From: an uncultured Neorhizobium sp.
GTDB taxonomy: Bacteria > Pseudomonadota > Alphaproteobacteria > Rhizobiales > Rhizobiaceae
Direction of reading: 5' to 3'
Length of the DNA stretch: 36,782 nt
Assembly: GCA_964396135.1 (NCBI GenBank)
Contig: CAYNED010000002.1
Coordinates: 1-36,782 of the forward strand
Positions 26,017-34,797 of the stretch are shown in pieces. A program made the translations under genes and the position numbers. The notes under the pieces are model-generated. The model searched no databases. It had not been told where the DNA came from and saw nothing but the letters and a program-made list of their open reading frames with translations. Each line of letters opens with the position of its first letter. The stretch's first letter is position 1.

Positions 26017-26778
26017 ATGCCCACGGACTTGACCACAGCCAGCAAGGTGGAACGAAGGCCAAAACTCTCCGAGCACGTGGCTGCAACATTGCGGGCGCAG
26101 GTTGTTTCAGGAGAGATCCGGGCCGGAGAGAAACTACCCACTGAATCGCAGCTATCGGAAGCCTTTGGCGTCAGCCGGACGGTTGTCAGGGAGGCCGTTG
26201 CCAGCCTTGCGGCCGATGGCTTGATCGAGTCGCGTCAGGGGGCTGGGATCTTTGTGTGCGAACGCGTTACGATGGCTTTCGCGTCGCTGACGCAGGACAT
26301 CGACATGAAGATCTCCCACGCCCTCAATGTCATCGAGGTTCGGATGGGGTTGGAGATCGAGAGCGCCGGCCTCGCCGCCTCCCGTCGCAATGCTTCTCAG
26401 GAAGCTGCCATACAGGAAGCCTTCTTCGAGTTCGACCGGCTGCTTTCGGTCGGCGAGGCCACAGGACGCAGCGACTTCATGTTTCATCGCGCCATAGCGG
26501 CTGCCACCAACAACCCCTTCTACGTGGAAGTCCTGGATGCCCTGGGCATGCGGGCCATTCCCTGCGACATCACCTCCCCTTGGGGAACCGATAGCCTTCT
26601 GACGCGCGAATACCAGGTGACGCTTCAACGTGAACATCTCGCCATCTTGAAGGCGATTTCGGCGGGTGATGCCGAAGCAGCGCGCGCTGCAATGCGCACG
26701 CATTTGACCGAAAGCCAGAGGCGCTACCACGAGCGTCTCACGGACCAGCAGGCGGACTACCGCTTCAGCTCCGCCTGA
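26017..26778 (+). CDS. FadR/GntR-family transcriptional regulator (UxuR-like)
   Basis: GEKLPTESQLSEAFGVSRTVVREA winged HTH; FCD motifs DFMFHRAIA..NNP, EHLAI, MRTHL. Confidence 0.92.
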   Translation: MPTDLTTASKVERRPKLSEHVAATLRAQVVSGEIRAGEKLPTESQLSEAFGVSRTVVREAVASLAADGLIESRQGAGIFVCERVTMAFASLTQDIDMKISHALNVIEVRMGLEIESAGLAASRRNASQEAAIQEAFFEFDRLLSVGEATGRSDFMFHRAIAAATNNPFYVEVLDALGMRAIPCDITSPWGTDSLLTREYQVTLQREHLAILKAISAGDAEAARAAMRTHLTESQRRYHERLTDQQADYRFSSA

Positions 26779-26816
26779 ATGCCAGACCGGCAGCAATTGC
26801 AACAAACGAGGATGCC

Positions 26817-27665
26817 ATGACTGCAAACCACACGGACTATTCCATTCGCCAGGCTTTTGATCCGGCGACCGGCGCGCGGATGGGAAGCAGCGAGATCCGC
26901 GAGAACTTCCACATCGGCAATCTCTTCACGCCTGGCAGCGTCAAGCTGATCTATACCCATTATGACCGGATGATTGTCGGCGGAGCGGTACCTACAACGG
27001 GCGCACTGGCGCTGGAAACCATCAAGCCCACGGGTACTCCAAACTTCCTGGATCGACGCGAGCTGATCGCGGTCAATGTGGGCGGCAAGGGATGGATCGA
27101 GGCCGACGGCGAGCGCTATCCTCTCGACACCCGGGACATGCTCTATGTTGGAATGGGTAGCAAGGTCACATTCGGCGCGGATGATGCGGCCTCCCCTCCC
27201 AAGTTCTATTTGCTGAGCGCGCCGGCCCACCACCGCTACCCCACGAAGTTGATCCGCATCGGCGACGCCAAGCGCCTGGACCTGGGCAGCCAGTCAACCT
27301 CCAATGAACGATCCATTTTTCAGTTCATCCACGCCGAAGGCGTGCAGACATGCCAGCTTGTGGTCGGCATGACCCAACTAGCGCCAGGCTCCGTCTGGAA
27401 CACCATGCCGTGCCACGTGCACGACCGCCGCATGGAGGCCTACCTCTACTTCGATCTGCCGGAGACAGCACGGGTCTTTCATTTCATGGGAGAGCCAAGC
27501 GAGACCCGCCACATCGTCATGGCCAATGAAGAAGCTGTCATTTCGCCACCGTGGTCTATCCATTCCGGCTGCGGCACCTCTAACTACGCCTTCATCTGGG
27601 CGATGGCCGGTGACAATGTTGATTACACGGATGTCGACGCTGTTCCGATCGAGACTCTGCGGTGA
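26817..27665 (+). CDS. kduI: 5-keto-4-deoxyuronate isomerase
   Basis: YTHYDRMIVGG, FLDRRE, SNERSI, GSVWNTMPCHVHDRRMEAYLYF, SPPWSIHSG. Confidence 0.95.
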   Translation: MTANHTDYSIRQAFDPATGARMGSSEIRENFHIGNLFTPGSVKLIYTHYDRMIVGGAVPTTGALALETIKPTGTPNFLDRRELIAVNVGGKGWIEADGERYPLDTRDMLYVGMGSKVTFGADDAASPPKFYLLSAPAHHRYPTKLIRIGDAKRLDLGSQSTSNERSIFQFIHAEGVQTCQLVVGMTQLAPGSVWNTMPCHVHDRRMEAYLYFDLPETARVFHFMGEPSETRHIVMANEEAVISPPWSIHSGCGTSNYAFIWAMAGDNVDYTDVDAVPIETLR

Positions 27666-27690
27666 AGATTGATCCAACAGGAGCATTGAA

Positions 27691-28035
27691 ATGAGCGAGC
27701 AGAAGATCTTTTTCCACAACGGGCCAGATGGGTGGACGGATCTCGGAGAGGGAAACCGCCGTCGAGTTCTCCTCCACACAGAGGAGTTGATGGTGGTTGA
27801 GTTCGCCTTTGAGAAAGGCGGCGTTGGCGCCTTGCACAATCATCCTCATGTGCAAGCAAGCTATGTGGCGGAGGGTCAGTTCGAGGTCACCATTGGTGAT
27901 CGCACCGACACGCTCTTGGCAGGTGACTCATTTATCGTACCGTCAAATATCATGCATGGCGTGAAGGCACTTGAGGCGGGGCGCCTGGTTGACAGCTTTA
28001 CCCCGCACAGGGCGGATTTCCTGGAGCTGAAATAG
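27691..28035 (+). CDS. kdgF: Cupin, KdgF-like (unsaturated uronate ring-opening)
   Basis: LMVVEFAFEKGGVGALHNHPHVQASYV, HGVKALEAG, DSFTPHRADFL; directly after kduI. Confidence 0.8.
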   Translation: MSEQKIFFHNGPDGWTDLGEGNRRRVLLHTEELMVVEFAFEKGGVGALHNHPHVQASYVAEGQFEVTIGDRTDTLLAGDSFIVPSNIMHGVKALEAGRLVDSFTPHRADFLELK

Positions 28036-28038
28036 CGG

Positions 28039-28070
28039 AAAACCCGCGGGCATCATCGGGCCCGCGGGTT
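28039..28070. terminator. Probable bidirectional intrinsic terminator between convergent genes
   Basis: AACCCGCGGGC-N8-GCCCGCGGGTT 11-bp stem with short T-rich tails on both strands; overlaps the DUF4112 stop codon. Confidence 0.65.
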
Positions 28071-28454
28071 ATTCAACTGTGCAGCGTCCATCTCGAAGTG
28101 GTCAAGAATGATCCCGAGATTGCGGCGATGTGACTTGAAGTAAACGTCGAACACGTCCCCTAGAAGGGGAACACTGCCAACGGCGGCATCCACCGCCAGG
28201 TTACCGAGCATCCGACTGAGCTTGTGGGCAGGAACCCCAAGTCGCCGTGCCTCGTAGATCACCGCAAGGCCGACGAGTGCGCCTCCAGCGTCACCGATAA
28301 CCGGAACCAGCCCCATCAATGAATCTGCACCGAAACGTATTCCGGTTCCCGGGATCCGGATTGCTGTATCCATGATCCGGGCCGCTCCTTGCAGCCGGCG
28401 CAATCGCCGCAGCAGTTCCGCACGTTCCAGAACCTGCTCGCCACTTTCTGCCAT
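28053..28454 (-). CDS. DUF4112 family membrane protein
   Basis: MDTAIRIPGTGIRFGADSLMGLVPVIGD, RMLGNLAVD..GSVPLLGDVFD..FKSHRRN; real start ATG 28454, since the ORF-track extension is antisense to the neighbouring gene. Confidence 0.88.
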   Translation of the reverse strand: MAESGEQVLERAELLRRLRRLQGAARIMDTAIRIPGTGIRFGADSLMGLVPVIGDAGGALVGLAVIYEARRLGVPAHKLSRMLGNLAVDAAVGSVPLLGDVFDVYFKSHRRNLGIILDHFEMDAAQLNNPRAR

Positions 28455-28491
28455 GCCTGCCTCTATCCTTGCCGTGACAGCGTTCGGACAC

Positions 28492-28516
28492 AATGAACCG
28501 TAAAGCCTGAGGTTCC
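28492..28516 (-). promoter_or_regulatory. EcfG/RpoE2-type promoter of the DUF4112 gene
   Basis: Minus strand GGAAC-N16-CATT, ending 37 nt before the ATG. Confidence 0.7.
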
Positions 28517-28525
28517 AACGGCAGC

Positions 28526-28550
28526 GGAACATCCCCGCAAGGATCGAGTT
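28526..28550 (+). promoter_or_regulatory. EcfG/RpoE2-type promoter of the small hydrophilic protein gene
   Basis: GGAAC-N16-AGTT, ending 31 nt before ATG 28582. Confidence 0.7.
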
Positions 28551-28581
28551 GATGTTGTTGTTCATTACCATGGAGGAAATG

Positions 28582-28770
28582 ATGGGAACCGAACAGGCGC
28601 CGACCCCGCAAGGGAAAGAGTCGGCACGTGGGCTGCAGGAAAGCAGCACCTCTGAAGAGCAGCGTGTAGAGGACCAAAAAGGCTCCGATCTGGCGAAGGG
28701 TGCCGACCGCGTCGAGGAGCGCTCGCGCAGCTCCGACGGGCAGAGCCCAGGCGACAAACAGCATCAGTAG
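28582..28770 (+). CDS. Small (62 aa) hydrophilic, probably disordered hypothetical protein
   Basis: GGAGG RBS 5 nt before ATG; MGTEQAPTPQGKESARGLQESSTSEEQRVEDQKGSDLAKGADRVEERSRSSDGQSPGDKQHQ fills the gap between DUF4112 and frcR; has its own EcfG-type promoter. Confidence 0.7.
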   Translation: MGTEQAPTPQGKESARGLQESSTSEEQRVEDQKGSDLAKGADRVEERSRSSDGQSPGDKQHQ

Positions 28771-28798
28771 GCAAGCGTCCTTCGACACTAGCAAACGT

Positions 28799-30037
28799 TC
28801 AGCCGTCTGCAGTGTTCTTGAAGAGCACGTTCTGGTCGATGAGATAGCGCGCGAAGATCGGAAGACTCGCGCCACCGATTGCCCGTGCTTGTGACCCGAC
28901 CTTGCCTTCGATGATGTCTGGAATGATCACACCTTGGAGGTCCAGCTCCTTTACGGCTTCCTGGGTGGCCACGACCAGCCGCTGACGGACCCACGCCGGA
29001 AAGCCGCCATCGATGATCGCCGCGCTGAAATCGATGACGGAGGCTGCAGCTACGATCGCCTGCGCCAAGGCCGCAGCACTATTGCGGATCCACAGTTCCA
29101 TCGGCCGACCAAAATCCACCCAGTCATCCGCCGAGTACCATAACGGCTCCGGATCAATGCCGTGCTCTCGCAGAAGGTTTTCCAGGACGAATATGGAGGC
29201 AATCTCCAGAAGTTGCCGGGTACTTCCGTCGCTTCCCTTCACCGGAAGCGGCCCAACGGCACCGGCCGTTCCGGTACGGCCTGAAAATACCGCGGAGTTG
29301 AGGACGATCCCGCCACCAATAAAGGACCCGACAAAAAAATAGATGAAGTCCGGGTAGGATGGCCCGGCTCCGAAAACGAGTTCCGCCCCGCAAGCGCTTG
29401 TGGCATCGTTCTGCAGATACACGGGATAGGATACGCGTCCGCTTACCTCAGCCTGCAGATCAAAGTCGCGCCAAAGGTCCATCGCGCCCGACGGCGCACC
29501 CACCTCCTCTGCCCAGTTCCACAGTTCGAAGGGAGCGGCGATCCCGATCCCCTCGACGCGCTCCTTTTCCCGCAGATCAAGTTGCGCCTCCAAACGACCG
29601 ATCCCGGACGTGATGATCGCCATGATCTCGTCCGGCTTGGGGAACGCATAGGTCTGATGATGTTGCAGCCGGATCTTTCCGACGAAATCCATCAGCACAA
29701 CGTCCGCGCTTCGTCGCCCGATCTTGACGCCGAAGGAAAATACCGCGTCGGGGTTTAACCGCATTGGCACCGACGGCTGACCAACCCTCCCGCGAACCGG
29801 CTCGCCCCGCAGCAGCAAGCCGTCTTGTTCAAGCGATCGCATGATGACTGATACCGTCTGAGCCGAGAGGCCACTTCTTCGCGTAATATCGGCCTTGGAA
29901 AGCGAGCCGTGCAGGCGCACCAGCGAAAGCACAAGCCGTTCATTATAGGCACGTACACGCACCTGGTTTGCTCCGCCGGCCCACCCGGAGCCCTGCTTCG
30001 CCAATGGGCTTTCGCTTTGTGTTTCCGATGCCACCAC
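28799..30037 (-). CDS. frcR: ROK-family transcriptional regulator of the fructose ABC locus
   Basis: RAYNERLVLSLVR..LSKADITRRSGLSAQTVS HTH, GRVGQPS, LQNDATSACGAE, FIGGGIV; divergent from frcB; GTG start is uncertain. Confidence 0.88.
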   Translation of the reverse strand: MVASETQSESPLAKQGSGWAGGANQVRVRAYNERLVLSLVRLHGSLSKADITRRSGLSAQTVSVIMRSLEQDGLLLRGEPVRGRVGQPSVPMRLNPDAVFSFGVKIGRRSADVVLMDFVGKIRLQHHQTYAFPKPDEIMAIITSGIGRLEAQLDLREKERVEGIGIAAPFELWNWAEEVGAPSGAMDLWRDFDLQAEVSGRVSYPVYLQNDATSACGAELVFGAGPSYPDFIYFFVGSFIGGGIVLNSAVFSGRTGTAGAVGPLPVKGSDGSTRQLLEIASIFVLENLLREHGIDPEPLWYSADDWVDFGRPMELWIRNSAAALAQAIVAAASVIDFSAAIIDGGFPAWVRQRLVVATQEAVKELDLQGVIIPDIIEGKVGSQARAIGGASLPIFARYLIDQNVLFKNTADG

Positions 30038-30083
30038 TCATGGCCCTCTGTTCCAGCAGCCGGAACGAAGATGCCGCGCTACG

Positions 30084-30138
30084 ATAAATAAATCAATCAT
30101 AATTATTTATTGACAACCCAAGGCTCTTCTTCCTTAAT
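30084..30138 (+). promoter_or_regulatory. AT-rich ROK operator dyad plus sigma70 promoter for frcB
   Basis: ATAAATAA-N11-TTATTTAT (30084-30110) abutting TTGACA (30110-30115)-N17-CTTAAT. Confidence 0.72.
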
Positions 30139-30224
30139 GCCGAGGTCCGGGACCGCTTCTGGAGGAGTATCCCGCGATCGTGCGATCGAATTCGCATCTA
30201 GATGACAGGCTCTGGGAGGAGACC

Positions 30225-31250
30225 ATGAAGACATCACTCTACGCTTCCGCATTCAGCGCAATTGCCCTGGGCATGCTGCTGGCAGCACCGACACAGGCGC
30301 AGGACGTTTCTGCTTGCTTGGTGACCAAAACGGACACCAATCCCTTCTTTGTGAAGATGAAAGAAGGCGCTACTGCAAAGGCAAAGGAACTCGGCGTCAA
30401 TCTGAAGTCTTACGCCGGCAAAATCGATGGCGACAGCGAAAGTCAGGTCGCAGCGATCGAGACCTGCATCGCAGACGGTGCCAAGGGCATCCTGATTACC
30501 GCGTCCGATACCAAGGGCATCGTTCCGGCCGTTCAGAAGGCCCGCGATGCCGGCATGCTTGTCATCGCGCTCGACACGCCCCTGGAACCCATCGATGCTG
30601 CAGATATGACCTTCGCGACAGACAATCTCCTCGCGGGTGAACTGATCGGCAAGTGGGCGGCCGCAACCCTCGGCGACGCAGCCAAGGACGCACGCATCGG
30701 CTTCCTCAACTTGACCCCGTCGCAACCATCCGTCGACGTGCTCCGCAACCAGGGCTTCATGAAGGGCTTCGGCATCGATGTTGCAGACATCAACCGCATT
30801 GGTGACGAAAACGATCCGCGAATTGTCGGGCATGACATCACGAACGGCAACGAAGAAGGTGGCAGAAGTGCCATGGAAAACCTTCTCCAGCAGGATCCGA
30901 CCATCAACGTTGTCCACACCATCAACGAACCTGCGGCAGCCGGCGCATATGAAGCATTAAGATCAGTCGGTCGGGAAAAGGATGTCCTCATCGTTTCCGT
31001 CGATGGCGGCTGCCCAGGCGTCAAGAACGTCGCTGAAGGCGTCATTGGCGCGACCTCTCAGCAGTATCCCCTGCTGATGGCATCGATGGGGATCGAGGCG
31101 ATCAAGAAATTCGCCGATAGTGGCGAGAAGCCGCAAGCTACCGAAGGCAAGAACTTCTTCGACACCGGAGTTGCGCTTGTCACAGACAAGCCGGCCGAGG
31201 GGGTCGAGTCTATCGATACCAAGGCAGGCACCGAGAAGTGCTGGGGCTGA
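30225..31250 (+). CDS. frcB: Fructose/mannose/ribose ABC transporter substrate-binding protein
   Basis: Signal peptide, [47 protein letters not shown]-terminal CWG; GGGAGGAG RBS. Confidence 0.92.
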   Translation: MKTSLYASAFSAIALGMLLAAPTQAQDVSACLVTKTDTNPFFVKMKEGATAKAKELGVNLKSYAGKIDGDSESQVAAIETCIADGAKGILITASDTKGIVPAVQKARDAGMLVIALDTPLEPIDAADMTFATDNLLAGELIGKWAAATLGDAAKDARIGFLNLTPSQPSVDVLRNQGFMKGFGIDVADINRIGDENDPRIVGHDITNGNEEGGRSAMENLLQQDPTINVVHTINEPAAAGAYEALRSVGREKDVLIVSVDGGCPGVKNVAEGVIGATSQQYPLLMASMGIEAIKKFADSGEKPQATEGKNFFDTGVALVTDKPAEGVESIDTKAGTEKCWG

Positions 31251-31263
31251 CCCTGTCGCGCGC

Positions 31264-31286
31264 GGAGGGGCGCTTGCCGCCCCTCC
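31264..31286 (+). terminator. Intercistronic stem-loop after frcB
   Basis: GGAGGGGCG-CTTGC-CGCCCCTCC perfect 9-bp stem. Confidence 0.6.
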
Positions 31287-31370
31287 AAACCTTTGGCGTG
31301 TAAGGGCGCACGTTTGATCCTGCTCGTTCTAAGCAACGGCAGACAGACCGTCTTTCTTGGGAGGTAGCTC

Positions 31371-32453
31371 ATGAGTGAGCCGGAGACTGCAACGCGCTCC
31401 AGCAGCGACTACGAAAAGGTGCTCACAGGCAGCGCCGCAACAGTTGCTGCGTTCGATACCCACGACAAAGGACCGCTCCAAAGGGTGCAGCACTATCTGC
31501 ACTCCAATCCGGCGGCTGTACCTCTGATCGTGCTGGTCCTGTCGATTGCGCTGTTCGGGCTGATGCTCGGCGGAAAATTCTTTTCCGCATTCACGCTGAC
31601 TCTCATTCTGCAGCAAGTCGCAATTGTCGGCATCGTCGGCGCCGCGCAAACCCTGGTGATCCTGACGGCCGGGATCGATCTCTCCGTTGGAGCGATCATG
31701 GTCCTGTCGTCTGTTGTGATGGGCCAGTTCACCTTCCGCTACGGCTTGCCGCCAACGGTCGCAATCTTTTGCGGCTTTATGGTTGGTGCCTTCTGCGGCT
31801 GGATAAACGGTATTCTCGTGGCCCGGATGAAGCTGCCGCCGTTCATCGTCACACTCGGCATGTGGCAGATCGTGCTTGCCTCCAATTTTCTCTACTCCGC
31901 CAACGAGACGATCAGATCGCAGGACATCGCGCAGACGGCACCGATCCTTCAATTTTTTGGTGAAAACATCCGCCTTGGCGGTGCGGTCCTCACCTATGGC
32001 GTCATCGGTATGGTGCTGCTCGTCGCGCTTCTTTGGTATGTGCTCAACAACACGGCCTGGGGACGTCACGTCTACGCTGTGGGAGACGACCCCGACGCAG
32101 CAGAGCTCGCGGGTGTCAACGTCAAGCGAATGCTCATCTCAGTTTACACCCTGTCTGGCCTCATCTGCGCCTTCGCCGGCTGGACGCTCATTGGCCGCAT
32201 CGGCTCGGTGTCGCCGACGGCTGGCCAGTTCACCAATATCGAATCTATCACTGCTGTCGTGATCGGTGGTCTTTCGCTCTTCGGAGGGCGCGGGTCAATT
32301 TTCGGAATGCTGTTCGGCGCATTGATTGTCGGCGTCTTTTCGCTAGGTCTTCGGCTCATCGGCACCGACCCCCAATGGACCTACCTGCTCATCGGCGTTC
32401 TTATCATCGCAGCAGTCGCCATTGATCAGTGGATCAGGAAGGTAGCAGGTTGA
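31371..32453 (+). CDS. frcC: Fructose ABC transporter permease
   Basis: ILTAGIDLSVG, LPPFIVTLG, WGRHVYAVGD, ITAVVIGGLSLFGGRG. Confidence 0.92.
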   Translation: MSEPETATRSSSDYEKVLTGSAATVAAFDTHDKGPLQRVQHYLHSNPAAVPLIVLVLSIALFGLMLGGKFFSAFTLTLILQQVAIVGIVGAAQTLVILTAGIDLSVGAIMVLSSVVMGQFTFRYGLPPTVAIFCGFMVGAFCGWINGILVARMKLPPFIVTLGMWQIVLASNFLYSANETIRSQDIAQTAPILQFFGENIRLGGAVLTYGVIGMVLLVALLWYVLNNTAWGRHVYAVGDDPDAAELAGVNVKRMLISVYTLSGLICAFAGWTLIGRIGSVSPTAGQFTNIESITAVVIGGLSLFGGRGSIFGMLFGALIVGVFSLGLRLIGTDPQWTYLLIGVLIIAAVAIDQWIRKVAG

Positions 32454-33232
32454 TGACGAAGGAACCCATCCTGAGCGCCCGAGGCCTGGTGAAACGCTAT
32501 GGTCGCGTCACGGCGCTGGACAATGCAGATTTCGAGCTCTTTCCTGGCGAGATCCTGGCAGTGGTCGGTGACAACGGCGCCGGCAAGTCATCCATGATCA
32601 AGGCGATCTCGGGCGCAATCACGCCAGACGAAGGAGAGATCCGGCTGGAAGGTCAGCTGGTCCAGTTTCGCTCCCCGATAGAGGCCCGCAAGGCTGGGAT
32701 CGAGACGGTCTACCAGAACCTTGCCCTTTCTCCCGCCCTCTCCATTGCCGACAACATGTTTCTCGGGCGCGAGCTCCGCAAGCCGGGCTTCACGGGCAAA
32801 TGGTTGCGTAAGCTCGACCGCGGGGCGATGGAAAGCTTTGCACGCGAGAAGCTGACGGAGCTGGGCCTGATGACGATCCAGAACATCAATCAGGCGGTGG
32901 AGACGCTGTCGGGAGGACAACGGCAGGGAGTGGCCGTCGCGCGCGCGGCAGCATTCGGCTCCAAGGTGATCATTCTCGATGAACCGACCGCGGCACTCGG
33001 TGTCAAGGAAAGCCGTAAGGTGCTCGAGCTCATTCTCGACGTCCGTCGCCGCGGCATACCGATCGTGCTGATTTCTCACAACATGCCGCATGTCTTCGAG
33101 GTTGCCGACCGGATCCACATTCACCGGTTGGGCCGGCGGCTTACCGTCATCGACCCGAAGGACTACAGCATGTCTGATGCGGTTGCCCTAATGACGGGAG
33201 CAAAGACACCGGATCAACCTGTCGCAGCATGA
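32453..33232 (+). CDS. frcA: Fructose ABC transporter ATP-binding protein
   Basis: GDNGAGKS, GIETVYQ, LSGGQRQ, ILDEPT, ISHN; TGATG overlap with frcC. Confidence 0.92.
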   Translation: MTKEPILSARGLVKRYGRVTALDNADFELFPGEILAVVGDNGAGKSSMIKAISGAITPDEGEIRLEGQLVQFRSPIEARKAGIETVYQNLALSPALSIADNMFLGRELRKPGFTGKWLRKLDRGAMESFAREKLTELGLMTIQNINQAVETLSGGQRQGVAVARAAAFGSKVIILDEPTAALGVKESRKVLELILDVRRRGIPIVLISHNMPHVFEVADRIHIHRLGRRLTVIDPKDYSMSDAVALMTGAKTPDQPVAA

Positions 33233-33849
33233 CACCGAGAATAGGAGAAATTGCGCAGCAGATCATCCGTCGCGCAGAACGCGCGAAGCGCTTCATCGTA
33301 GCCATAGCCGGCCCACCCGGCTCTGGAAAGTCGACGCTCACCGAAGAGATTGCCCGTGAACTGGTGGCACGAGGAGAAAGCGCCGCCATTGTGCCCATGG
33401 ACGGGTTCCACATGGACAATGCTGTGTTGGTGAATAAGGGACTTCTCGAGCGAAAGGGCGCACCGCAGACATTCGACATTCGAGGCTTGCTGGACATCAT
33501 CAAGGCACTTCACAAAGCGGACGAGGAGGTTCTGGTCCCTCTGTTCGACAGAACCCGAGAACTTTCGATTGCCGCTGCTCGATCCGTTCCTGTTCAGACC
33601 CGCTTCGTGTTGATCGAAGGAAATTACCTGCTGCTGAATGAGCCCGGATGGATCGATCTGGCAACATTCCTCAACCTGTCCATTATGTTGGCCCCGCCCG
33701 AAAACGTACTGGAAGAGCGGCTGCTGCGAAGATGGCTGGATCTCGGACTGGCTCCAGACACCGCTCGCATGAAGGTGATGGAAAACGACCTCCCCAACGG
33801 GCGGCTCGTTCGATCGCGAAGCCGCAGGGCAGACTTCACGCTGTCCTGA
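33229..33849 (+). CDS. frcK: P-loop kinase, FrcK/YggC-like
   Basis: AGPPGSGKST, PMDGFH, RKGAPQTFD, IEGNYLL, NDLPN; last gene of the frc operon. Confidence 0.85.
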   Translation: MTPRIGEIAQQIIRRAERAKRFIVAIAGPPGSGKSTLTEEIARELVARGESAAIVPMDGFHMDNAVLVNKGLLERKGAPQTFDIRGLLDIIKALHKADEEVLVPLFDRTRELSIAAARSVPVQTRFVLIEGNYLLLNEPGWIDLATFLNLSIMLAPPENVLEERLLRRWLDLGLAPDTARMKVMENDLPNGRLVRSRSRRADFTLS

Positions 33850-33870
33850 GGACCTTCTCCTGGGCTTAGA

Positions 33871-34692
33871 CTACCAGAGCGCCACGTGCCGGTTGACGTC
33901 CTTGTAGAGCAGGTAGCGGAACCGGCCCGGCCCGCCGGCATAGCAGGCTTGCGGGCAGAAGGCGCGCAGCCACATGAAGTCGCCCGCCTCGACTTCCACC
34001 CAGTCCTTGTTAAGCCGATAAACCGCCTTCCCCTCCAGCACGTAAAGCCCGTGCTCCATCACATGCGTTTCCATGAACGGGATCGTGCCGCCGGGCTCGA
34101 AAGTGACGATATTGACGTGCATGTCGTATCGCACATCAGCCGGATCGATGAAGCGTGTCGTAGCCCATTTGCCCTCGGTTTCAGGCATGGCGACCATCTC
34201 CAGGTCGCTTTCGTGAGTGAATATCGCCGGCGGTGCCTCGAGCCCCTCAACGGCTTGAAATGCCTTCCGGATCCAGTGAAAACGGGCCGGATTGGAGCTA
34301 TGGTTGCGTAGCGTCCATGCTGCCCCGGCGGGCAGGTAGGCGAAGGATCCTGTCCGCAAGACATGTGGATGGCCCTCCAGCTCCACGGTCATCTCACCCT
34401 CCGTCACGAAGAGTGCAGCTTGAGCCCGACGATCAGGCTCCGGAAACCCGCTGCCGCCGCCAGCCTCGACCTCCATGACGTATTGAGCGAAGGTTTCGGA
34501 GAAGCCGCTCAGGGGCCGTGAAATGATCCAGGCGCGTGTCTTCTCCCAACGCGGCAACACGCTCGTCACGATGTCGGTCATCACTGTACGGGGAATGACG
34601 GCGTAGGCGGTGGTGAAGACCGATTTGCTGGACAACAGCTCACTTTGCGCCGGCAGGCCGCCGAGGCGGGAGAAATAGGGAGTTTCAGTCAT
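33871..34692 (-). CDS. allE: (S)-ureidoglycine aminohydrolase (bicupin, YlbA/AllE family)
   Basis: FTTAYAVIP, RPLSGFSETFAQY, DMHVNIVTFEPGG, ETHVMEHGLY, WLRAFCPQ, YLLYKDVNRH. Confidence 0.88.
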   Translation of the reverse strand: MTETPYFSRLGGLPAQSELLSSKSVFTTAYAVIPRTVMTDIVTSVLPRWEKTRAWIISRPLSGFSETFAQYVMEVEAGGGSGFPEPDRRAQAALFVTEGEMTVELEGHPHVLRTGSFAYLPAGAAWTLRNHSSNPARFHWIRKAFQAVEGLEAPPAIFTHESDLEMVAMPETEGKWATTRFIDPADVRYDMHVNIVTFEPGGTIPFMETHVMEHGLYVLEGKAVYRLNKDWVEVEAGDFMWLRAFCPQACYAGGPGRFRYLLYKDVNRHVALW

Positions 34693-34797
34693 CTTGATGT
34701 ACTATCCGTTGCGGTAAGCTGGGAGCAGCAGAGGTAGACGCGGCCTCCCGACGTTTTAGGTCGTCGAGAAATCTGCCGCAACGGGATTCAAGACATA

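Noticed and set aside
28455-28757. 101-aa N-terminal extension of the DUF4112 ORF
   Set aside because: It runs through two promoter motifs and antisense to the small protein; family similarity begins only after ATG 28454.
29943-30041. Possible frameshift at the frcR start (out-of-frame ATG at 30041)
   Set aside because: An in-frame GTG at 30037 uses the same AGAGGG RBS at normal spacing and gives an intact HTH.
30062-30086. GGAAC upstream of frcB as an EcfG promoter
   Set aside because: No TT-containing -10 at N16/N17 (reads GATA/ATAA); a TTGACA sigma70 promoter explains the locus.
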